Assembly (NCBI RefSeq): GCF_001194135.2
Contig: NC_068987.1
Coordinates: 53,705,758-53,750,305, forward strand
Length of the DNA: 44,548 nt
Reading direction: 5' to 3'
Origin: Octopus bimaculoides
Taxonomy: Eukaryota
Part shown: piece by piece, positions 34,531-44,548 of the stretch
Layout of the letters: every line of letters starts with the position of its first letter
Numbering within the stretch: position 1 is the stretch's first letter
Notes under the pieces: generated by a model
Seen by the model: only the letters and a program-made list of their open reading frames with translations
The model's database searches: none
What the model was told of the DNA's origin: nothing
Translations under genes and position numbers: made by a program

Positions 34531-36472
34531 CAAACGTGAGTTTGTCTGTGTTAACAACATCCCTTGTACTTTTGCTGGAAAGCGGCTCCCTCCTCAGTGG
34601 AAGATTTATAATAATTAAAACATTTAAGAGACAATTACATACATTGAAATTAAACACAAGGAGTGATTGTATTATTACTGACAGAATACAGCATCGCAGA
34701 TGCATATTCCAAGGGGCCAGCCTCTTTGTGATGTTTTTGATATTTTCTGTAAACCCGTTGCCATTCATGTTAGGAAACTGTGAATGACTTGAAACTATAT
34801 GCAAAGAATATACATGTGTTAAAAAAGAGCCTTGACCTGGTCACAACATTCCCAAAGGATATAGAGCTGGACTCAATCAATGACTAAAATGTTTCACTTA
34901 TATGTGCTGAGGAATGTTACAGCTATATGGGGATGTATGAAAACACATCTTACACTGGCATCTGTAACAAAACACGTATCACTAAAGACTATTACAGCCG
35001 ATTAAAGAAGATTTGAACCTCAGATCTCTCTGCATTCAATACAACATTGGCCCACTATGTGTCAGTAGTGCCAGTACTCATAGCGATGTTTTGGCCGCTC
35101 GATTGGACGCTTGACGAGATCTGAGCCATTGATGTGAAATCTTGGAAGATACTAATCTGTACACATAATTACCAGATCAGTAGTGACGTAGACCGCCTCT
35201 ACCTATAACGAAAACAAGGTGGCAGAGTCTTAATATCGATTCAAACTGCTTTTGAATGTCGTATTATATTCCTTCGGCAACATCTTTTAACCACCAAACG
35301 TCGAAGTGCATCCTTTGACTAAGTTTGAATACATGACGTTGATCACATCATAAGACTTGGAAGGCAGCTCCTTGAGTAGTACGCCTTGCATGATAACCTT
35401 AAATATATATCAAAATAAGTCACGTAACTCAACCATAACATATCATTAGGTGAAAGGATGAGCCTATAAGAACAGAAGACCATGCATGGATGTGTTAGTT
35501 GAAAGGTCCGAGATGATAGTAACAGTCAATCATGGACCAACAATGAGAGTACTACCTCCCACTTCGAAGGGTATGCGTTGGAAACCTTAGGAACAGGAAA
35601 TATCGACTAAAAACCTGATGCACGAAATGGACAGAAATTCAGGGAAAACAGTAAAATGTGATAACAGATGCAGACTTTATTGAGTTAACACCGAAGATAT
35701 CACCCTCATCATAAGCAGTTCTCCAAAAATGTCATCACTGTATTATCTACCGATGAGACGTGATGCTGTAGCTTGGACACTATATAATGACATCTTTCGG
35801 AAAGATAACCCAGAGGACAAAGAAATATGATCCTTCAGTATAGTAAAAGCCATAGGCACTCATAATAAAACAAAGAGCGCTGGTGGAATGTCCCGGTGAA
35901 AACCTGAATAAAATGTAAACACAATAGACCTGATATAAATATTTGGCGATACAGAAGAGAAATTGTGTACAGTTGTGGAAATCAGCTGCACAACGTATGT
36001 TAACATAAAGCTAATGATCAGTGAAAAAGAGAATACCTATGCTGAACTACTGAAAAATCTGCAGTTACTCTATCTAGATTATAAATTCAGGTTTATATCT
36101 GTAATTACCAGGGCACTGGGATATTAACACACTGCCAAAGTAACAAATTTAAGAACTTAAGCTTCTCAAAACCAGAAAAGAGAAACTTGATTTGAAGACT
36201 ACAGATCCAAGCCGTCACTGCAACTATAAGTCTGTAAAACTTTCCAGAAGTTTATTTTTTAAGCAAATATGAGCATGTCTAGATGTGCAAGTATACGCAT
36301 AAGAAAACATGCATAAAACAACACATACAAATCTGCACGTATACATACATATATACATACAAAAATACCATGTTGATGTTGAAATTCCAATGAAGGAACT
36401 TTGGATCTAGGTTAGAAACTGACTCCTTCTGTATTGGAAAGAAATCTTGAAATGAAACTGAATAATGACATT
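34531..36472 (+). mobile_element. R4/Dong-like RLE non-LTR retrotransposon, copy B (RT motif B to 3' UTR)
   Basis: RRCIFQGASLFVMFLIFSVNPL, VNDLKLYAKN, YSYMG, DVDRLYL*RKQGGR, FEGYAL, CRLY*VNTEDIT, WWNVPVKT, KHNRPDI (35917-35937), VVEISC, EKENTY, then a ~210 bp 3' UTR ending at aataatgaca. Confidence 0.9.
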
Positions 36473-36531
36473 CATACATGCATATATTCATGCATACATA
36501 CATACATACATACATAATACATACATACATA
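36473..36531. repeat. (CATA)n tract abutting the R4-like 3' end
   Basis: Seen directly. Confidence 0.95.
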
Positions 36532-38353
36532 TATTTACCATATCGCCTGCAGATTACTGATAGATTGATCATAGAATAGAACTAACCGAAATCGAAATTA
36601 ATTATTAAATAACACGATAACTGAAACCTCAACGTAAAGCAGGAAGTAATTATATTTTAAATCATTTCAACCCCTCAATGTTAGTGAAGATTCGCTTACA
36701 TTGTTGATCAAAAATGTTTGGAATCAACGACTTGTGGGATTTTGATTGAAGGAGATTATAGCGTTCTTACATCAACTGTACTTAATGCTGCAAGAATAAA
36801 TTTAAGTTCACTTCATAGCAACGAGCCTGATCTTATATAATCGATTAAACATTAAATGTTCTAATTACAGACAAGTTAAAAGCATAACTTGTGAAAGGAG
36901 ACAATATTGATTCCCGAGTCAAAGACAAGAGCTAATCCTAGAATCAAATCAGAAACGCAAAAATTACTTTAATATATGCAGATTCAAAGATAGAATAACA
37001 AAGCAATATATATATATATATGACTCAAAATGGAACCAGTGAAATTACTTCTTCAAATGTATTTTAGACTATAAGGAATGGATCGGTGAAAATTAAATAT
37101 GTAAACGAGGATTCCCAATCTGATCGAAGGTTACATATTGGAGAGATAGCACGAACATTTGGGAAATATATTTAATCGACCGATAGGTATGGTACCTAAA
37201 CGTACAGCAATGCACCATAGCATATTACATCGCTACACATCGCTGCATCGCATTCAATGCAAGGATTTAAAATATCGGTCTAAAAATGCAAAACAATTCT
37301 GTAATACCCGGACTAATTCCAGCAGAACTTAAATTAAATCACAACGATAAATTCCAATTCATTTTCGATGTTCTATCATTAATAGAAATAAAAATCATAT
37401 AGCGCTGGAATTTCTAAAGGAGGATTTTTTTTTTCACCTTTACTGAAAATGTTCTCGAAGAATTCTTCTGGAAAACTGACTCCATTGCAGAACGAATATT
37501 TCTAGATAACATAAGCCAGTATTACATTCGACCAGCAAAAATCGAAAAGATTTTTCTATATAAAAAGGGTCTGGAACAACCATATTCATTATGGATAATT
37601 TGCCGAGTACTTGACAATACTTCTAATCCTGCAGATGTATGCCAAATATTATAATTGTTTATTAATACGCAATAATTTTTTGATCCTGCCTCTTATCAGA
37701 GGTCGCTGATTTACGCATAAACCAACAGATTATAACATGGTGCTAATATAAAAATTGAACAAAAAAAAAATCATTAAAATTTTAAAAGAATTGCAACAAC
37801 TTAAAATGGCCTATATCATCTATCAAAATTGCATGCAATTTTTATATACAAGTCGACAAAACTAAAATCTTAAACCAATTACATAGAATCACGTTCAATT
37901 GACAAAAATCATAAAATCATTTGCCAAAATATGTAATATAATAGACAATGACGCAAATTTTGCGAAATCAACTCCATATGAAAGACAGTTCAGAGCCCCT
38001 CAAATATATAGATCTAATATTACGTTAAACTATCAAGAATATAACATATTCAGCCCCAATTTTCTAACTAATAAACTCCCTTCGAAAAATGTACAAGACA
38101 TAGTTAACATGCATAATAGACTATATGAATTTCAGATTTTAAAAATTCCATTGAACTGCAGCAATGACATAATTAGTTAGCTTAATGAGATTAATCGCAA
38201 GTCTATCCTCGAATTCACTTGGATCGACATAGCGGTACAAATTCATCCATTCTTATATGCCATTAGCTGAAAGCTTTAGAATTTGTAACAGTACCCATTG
38301 CCATCAGCCATACTGGCGTAGGCATCATCACAAACTCAGGATTGCAAATCATA

Positions 38354-39623
38354 TCAAGTCATTAAGAATGAAATGTACGATATTTTTATGCACCAAATAT
38401 GGCAGTTGTTAACTCTAATGTTTTATACTGGCAATTCTTTGTTTTACAACATTGAAGAATTACATCATCACTTTTCGAAATGCAATTTACGATGTCTGAT
38501 TATATTGTGAGTTTTCTCTTGTAAATCAATTTTTGTGAATCCATGGATGATAAAAAATTCGTGTTGTTCATGAATATGAGTTCCGTCATGGAACCAATGC
38601 ATCCCAGACAGATGGAAGCATCAATGATGTGCATGGTGAAGATATGGCGACTGAGTGCACTGTACGTCGATCGTTTGAGATGTTCTGTTCTGGTGACTTT
38701 ACCCTTGAAAATCAGCCCTGCGGTAGACCTGAGACGAAGGTGGATGATGATGAGCTGGAAACTGCAGTGGAAGCGGATACATCTCAAACTACACGTGAGT
38801 TAGCAACAAGGTTTGATGTTTCGATTCCAACTGTATTGGGCCATCTGCAACAAATCGGCAAGGTAAAGAAGCTGGACAAGTGGGTACCACACAAACTGAA
38901 CCAACAGGAAATGACACGTCGTCTTGAAATTTGCTGTTTTTTGTTGTCACGGCATAAAAACGAACTATTTTTGCATTGTACTGTTATGTGTAATGAATAA
39001 TGGTTTCTTTTCAACAATAGCAAGCGTTCTGTACGTCGGTTGGATAGAGACGGAGTACCAAAATACAATCCAAAAACAATATTCACCAAAAGAGGCTAAT
39101 GGTGTCTGTTTGATGGTCCAGCGCTGTTGTCATCTAGTACAACTTCATGTCAATTAAAGCGGATGTATACATCAACCAAATGGATGAATTGATGAATGAA
39201 CTTGCAATTAAACAACAGAGATTGATCAATAGCGACAGGTCAATTATCTTCCAAGACAATGCTCGACCACGTTGCACAAGAAGGCTACTCCTGTTACAGG
39301 AACTGAACTTGGAAATATTCTGTCATCCACAATATTCACCAGACCTTGCACCAACTGACTATCACACTTTCCAGGCATTAGACAAATTTTTGCAAGAAAA
39401 AATTTCAAATCTGAGGATGATAGAAAAACAACTTTTCGTGATTTCATCACCTCTTGCTCTCCAGAATTCTTCGCTGCCGGCATAAACAAGCTACGGATAA
39501 AATAGCAAAATTGTGTGGATAATTTAGGTGCATACTTTGACTAACTGCATTGCATTTTGTTGAGATAAAGTGAAAAATTAAACCTTCAGTGCAAAATCGG
39601 ACATTTCATTCTAAATGGCCTGA
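38354..39623 (+). mobile_element. Near full-length (1270 bp) decayed mariner, cecropia/Hsmar1-like
   Basis: TIRs tcaagtcattaagaatgaaatgtacgat versus revcomp tcaggccatttagaatgaaatgtccgat (24/28), TA flanks. Motifs GRP, TTRELA, KKLDKWVPHKL, MCNE*W, FQDNARP and YSPDLAPTDYH (33 aa between the last two Asp here; canonical is 34). Frameshifted. Confidence 0.95.
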
Positions 39624-40813
39624 TATTTTATAATTACTACTCTACAGTCAAGAAACATGGAATTTATCTCTTTGGTTAATCAATTTGTCTCTGTTATGGC
39701 ACTGAAGTTTACGAATTAACTACATTGTTCACACGGCACACACTTAACACATCTCACATTCAACTTCAATGCGATTTTATACTGCTGGTTTAATAGTAGT
39801 GAACTATAACATAAACGGGAATAACATTTATAAGCTTAGAAAAACCATAATGAGCATATTTAATAGATTCAACTGAATACATCCATTAAACACCAATCTA
39901 AATATAATAAACTTCCTAACCTAACACAGTGAGCCAATAATTTCTACGTAAATCAAAAGAAAGACCGATATGCAGTATTTAATATTAATTACAATAAAAC
40001 ACTTCAAAGATATCATTAGCAGACGAATATTGAATTAATCTTCAAATGAAGAAAAATATACAAGAAGCCATTCTCTTTACCAAACATCATTTGTCCGATG
40101 AGGATTTAAAGAAATCTGAACTGCATAAAATTATCAACCGTTAAACATATTCTTCCTAAGATTACAAACAAACTACTACAGCATTCCTGTACTGTTTAAA
40201 CACTAAATTATTTTCTTTTCCTCTTGGACATACATTTCTACGTTACGTATTGATACTACCTTACTTCAAACAAGACCACCATAAAATACAGCTAGTGTTG
40301 TTGAATTAACATAAGTATACATTACCGTTATAGTTAAATATCTGACTTGTGTATAGCAAATATATATTCTATGTTATCAATTTGAGATTTATTATTTATA
40401 TAACATATAATTATATATATATATATTATATATAGATATAACTCGACAAACACAACTTATCTGTAAATTAAAAAGCTCTTTTGTGTATAATATTATATAT
40501 ATAAACACTGTATAAAAGCCATGTTCCTGTGCTATTTGTCTGATAGAAAATTTGCTTATAAATATATTGTATTGATGATGAGCGTTCATTTTTAGCAAAT
40601 ACCTATCGTCGCTGCAGTGCCTTTGGTAATGATGGAGGAAATGATTATTTGTTCTTGTTACTAACGTGTACCTCCTTGATACACGATCAAACTAAGTGGT
40701 TGCCTCAATATGTAAAAAAAAAAAAGCATCCGCTGGGACTGCAGAATGATTTCTGAGTTGTAAAAAAGTTCATGTGTTTGTTTCACTCACTCACATATAC
40801 AACACGCGCGCGC

Positions 40814-41056
40814 GCTTCATTCTTTTAGGGTTGATGAAACAAATACCAGTTAAGCACTGGGTTCGATGTAATCGACTATCCCCCTTCCCCAAAATTTCTG
40901 TCCCTATACCAATATTAGAATGGGTTATTTTATATATTTTTTTGTTTTCGCAGTCGATGTAATACGTACTAAAAAAACACTGGTGTCGATGTAATCGACT
41001 AGATCCCTCAATCCAAATTTCAAGCCTTGTGCCATTATTATTATTATTATTATTAT
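40814..41056 (+). mobile_element. Tandem 5'-truncated SINE pieces ending in (TTA)n
   Basis: Core plus 3' part at 40814-40929; tcgatgtaat recurs near 40863, 40954 and 40987; (TTA)n at 41031-41056. Confidence 0.8.
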
Positions 41057-42829
41057 GCTGCCAGATTATTCAGTTGCAATTTTTAAGGCATTTTGTTTGT
41101 TTATTATGGAAAGCTGTGAGATCGTTTTCTTGCCGTCAGGCCATTCGGTTCTTTTGTTTTCGTATGCTCAATGTTTTCTACAATTTTCAGTCAATCACAC
41201 AATTCTTTTCCCTGCAGATTCTGTGTTCTTGTTAAATATTTCGAACAAGATTCGAAATTTATCTGTTTATCCTGTTGTCCAGTTCTTTTCTAGTATGCGA
41301 GGTTCATCTTGTAATGTTATGGGATAATTTGCCATATGCTGCACTTGCTAATATAAGCATTCTCGCCTGTGGCGAATTTTCTATGTTCATATTCCTACAC
41401 AAATTTCTTCAATTTTCCTTCTTTCCTCAACGTGGACTTTTATAATTTTCAGATTTTTTTTTTTTTTCATAAAGTTATTTTTGTATTTTCTACAATGAAT
41501 CGCTGTCGTTTTCAAAACGTTAAACATTTAGCGATTTTGTGAAATTTTATCGTTTTGGGCGTTCTTAGATATTTTATTTTGTTTCCTTAGAAAATAACTC
41601 TGTTTTTCCAAAATCGTGTCGTTTATAATGATACCATCACTATTTGAAAGGTCTTTCTTTTTGTTTTCTGTATCTCTCTAGATGCTTGTTTCTGGTTGCT
41701 CCTCTCGTTTTCATATAGTATTATCTGAAGATTCTAGAGAGAAATATCTAATCGGATTTACTATATCGAGACTCCAGCACAAATACAATTTTCATGGAAA
41801 TGTTGAAGTTCATATTTGCTTACACTAACTCGAAGTTTACCAAGTTTGCTTATTTTTCTATTATGTTATTGACTATTATTTTGGGGAGGGTATTTCTATC
41901 AATTTTAGTTCTTTCATAATTTCCATCCTTATGTTATTTCCTATTGTTATTCCAAATGCCCATCTTTAGATGTGTTGAAACATTACCATTCTTGTATTAT
42001 GCTTCTGGTTTCAGTTATTGGAATACAGGAGACCAGCTTCGGTACTTAGTCGAGCATATTGACCCGAACACTTGTTTCAGCATGATATTTATGTAGTTAT
42101 TTTATCACCTGTATTTTTACAAACTCCTGCTAATGTACCAAGGAAAATTATAGATGATAAGCTACGCCAATGTAGACTTAAGCACACACATAAAAATGTG
42201 CGTACACAGATATAAGCGCACACGCAAACACATACGTTCACACATGCACACACGCACACACATATATAATATGTCTGGGGGGGGGGGCGTGTGTGGCGTG
42301 TTTGCTAGGTTGATTCAAAAGTTCGTCCATCAAAGTCCACGCAGAAATATCTGATTTACATGATGCCATAGGAGAAGACATTTGTTCAAGGTACTGTGAG
42401 TGGATTTCGGCCCAGAACTTTAGAACATTCTTTTGTGATATTCTTGTTCGACTTTTGTAAGTATTTTATGCAATGTGTTCCTACTAATTTTATGCATTAT
42501 ATGCTTTGATTTTGTTCGCGAACTGCATCCTGAATGTTAATGATTATAATGATTGTTGCTGTGTTTGAGTTTTCTTCACTATTCTTACTGTCCTTTCTGG
42601 TAACTGTTGTGTCCTTTCAGTAAACTGTTCTATTTCTCTATACGATAATTGTGAATGCTTAAAATTAAATATTTTATCAACATGGAAATATTATTTGTAG
42701 ATCAGATTTACTTCCTCATCAGATATTATATGTGTAACTGCTGGAAATGTCCTTTGGGTGATAGAGTGTTGTAAAATATGCATGCATTTTGGGAACATAT
42801 TCCTTATGTTTTTCATTTATACATTTTCA

Positions 42830-44045
42830 CTTTTTCAGGCATTGGAGTATCATTATCGCCTGCGAGTTTCAGCTTGCTTTTGGCGGTCCGTAATAGTACA
42901 CACTTTATTTCTCATGTTTTATACGCCAAATTGAAAATATGCATTATATTCTTCGATATGACCGAGTGGTACGGATTTTTTACATTGTTTAATGCTATTT
43001 ATGCTTGATGCTAGATCACAGACAGGCATTATCGGACGCAATATCAACCGATTGGTAAAGCTGCATAGGGCTGGGTTATTTTTTTGGACCTCCAATTGGA
43101 TTTGGACTTGGACGAACTTATAAGCAGATTGGTCAATTTAGTACATAAAATGGCAGTTATGGAAGATTCGGCAGAAAAAGAAAACAAATACATTGATTCT
43201 CTGTTATATGTTACAAATGTCATGTTTTACCATATTTTATTTTTCTGACAAGCATTTGGAGTAACCGCCCTTTCAATTCTTGTTGAAGGAATGCATCTTA
43301 TTAGTTAATCAGTCCATCCACCATTAACATTTTTTCGTACAGGACTTGGTATGCTGTAGTTGACTTGAACTGGGATTGTCGCATTCGCAGAAATTCCACG
43401 ATGCTGAACAGATGCGCTCAATATTTGTTAAGACAGTGTTTCCCTCAGCTCCTCTCTTTGGCAAAACTCCAGTCCTGGCCGAAGAGAAGACCACACCTGG
43501 GCATTTGGCATCTGCAACTTTGTCATGCACTTACATGATTTTATGAGTTAAGCTAGCGAAACGTCAACATTAACATTCTAGTGTGCTAGCTATGGAGTGG
43601 AGCAACACCGTTCTTGAATGAGGAAGAGATTCGAATGAGGACGACATCCAAATAGCTGGTCTTTTTCGGAAGATCTTCGGCGCATTGACTATAAATAACA
43701 TCCAGTAATCTCTGACTTGGTAGCGTTTGCAGTTGTAGATATTATTGATTTGTAATAACTCTACAAGCACGGAAATGCTATCAGCCAAGACTTGATTATT
43801 TTTGAAATATTGCTAAACAGCTGTTGTCGCAAATTCCATCAGGAACATTTCTCAACAACTTTCCTTTAGCTGTGGCAGACAGACAACTTTCTACTAAAAG
43901 TTTGTTATGGGGAAAATGGTTGTATGGTGGATGCAACAGAAATGAGTGAGTTTAGATACTTTCCATTTCAGCCTAGCCATAGTGACTTTCAGTAAATTAC
44001 CCTTTAAGAAGATGAAGGTGAGGAGAGAGATGCTGGCCTACAATA
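42830..44045 (+). mobile_element. Heavily decayed LTR-retroelement pol (protease-RT-RNase H) with ERV-L-like motif flavour
   Basis: Collinear fragments: CIIFFDM (42940-42960), NGSYGR (43149-43166), RTWYAVVDL (43341-43367), QY..FPQ (43419-43448), VMHLHDFM (43522-43545), LVFFG (43656-43670), AKQLLSQ..G...AVADR..SLLW (43811-43910), REMLAY (44024-44041). The catalytic YxDD is not intact. Confidence 0.45.
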
Positions 44046-44107
44046 ATCATCTGTAGTACTCAAAAACCCCTGTAGGCCGTGAAAAGATAATAGAACAGGC
44101 CTTACCA

Positions 44108-44216
44108 ACATTTACGCTCACAGTTCGAATACCGCCGAGGTTGACCTCGCTTTCATCCTTTCGGAGTCGATGAAATAAGTACCAGTTAAGTACTGTATTA
44201 TTATTATTATTATTAT
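44108..44216 (+). mobile_element. tRNA-derived SINE fragment ending in (TTA)n
   Basis: B-box cagttcgaatacc (44121-44133), core gctttcatcctttcggagtcgatgaaataagtaccagttaagtactg, then (TTA)n. Confidence 0.85.
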
Positions 44217-44548
44217 GTTGTTGTTTTTTTTCTTTCTTCAAATTTTCTTCCATTTCTCGCCGAATGTTTTCCGTACACCTAGGGCAGAGAAACTCGTTGT
44301 ATGCATTCCCAGTTTACACACGCAAATTCACAGGTAAAACATGTATTTAAGAAAACAAAAAAAAATTCATGAATGGATGTTGTTTTCACAGCGATAATGC
44401 TCTTCTCAGTACATGAGTCGTTCCAGTTAGCACGATTTTTTGCACTTCCTGTTGGGATGGTAAGCCTGGTATCATTTTCAAATAGGTTTCAGTACCTTAT
44501 TTTATCATTCCTAGAGATCCTACAATCACTGGTACGGTAGTCGCCTTG

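Noticed and set aside
36560-40380. A-rich plus-strand DNA around the mariner with LINE-like words (LYKKG near 37555, FISLEK near 39825, MKKNIQ near 40047)
   Set aside because: Motifs are too short and the spacing is inconsistent with one RT. It may be an ancient LINE, but I cannot support it without a profile search.
41057-42800. Minus-strand A-rich stretch with LINE-like words (ASAAYGKL, VLKFWAEI)
   Set aside because: No catalytic motif found and stops occur in all frames; left unassigned.
43540-43565. GAAACGTC preceded by a weak stem, resembling a minimal hammerhead
   Set aside because: The upstream core is TTTATGA rather than CTGANGA, stem II is marginal, and it lies inside the putative RT remnant.
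43450-43850. piggyBac C-terminal reading (HTWAF, DLRRIDYK*HP, CCRKFH)
   Set aside because: Only three loose matches, with no TTAA/TIR or DDD core. The pol reading explains more collinear motifs.

Overview
AT-rich eukaryotic DNA from a draft assembly, with 7 N gaps (467-1384, 10440-10749, 15292-15559, 17025-17034, 20078-20283, 22840-23243, 31223-32037; 2931 N in total) and dense microsatellites. The SINEs and simple-repeat spectrum look like those I recall from Octopus; this is an inference, not a database result. I recognise no intact host gene, rRNA, tRNA or CRISPR array, and almost all listed ORFs are artefacts of N runs, microsatellites or broken transposon frames. The window is a transposon graveyard: two mariners with TIRs and TA target duplications, a mariner MITE, about six Penelope-like (PLE) remnants with decayed minimal hammerhead motifs, a non-autonomous Helitron carrying a ~500 bp purine microsatellite, several tRNA-derived SINEs, two LINE ORF1 fragments, two tandem R4/Dong-like restriction-endonuclease LINEs bracketed by (CATA)n, and a decayed protease-RT-RNase H stretch with ERV-L-like motifs. 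Best leads: possible (CATA)n targeting by the R4-clade element, the ERV-L-like pol fossil, the hammerhead remnants and a perfect 24 bp-arm hairpin. Protein assignments are by eye from hand translation against remembered motifs and need HMM/BLAST confirmation.
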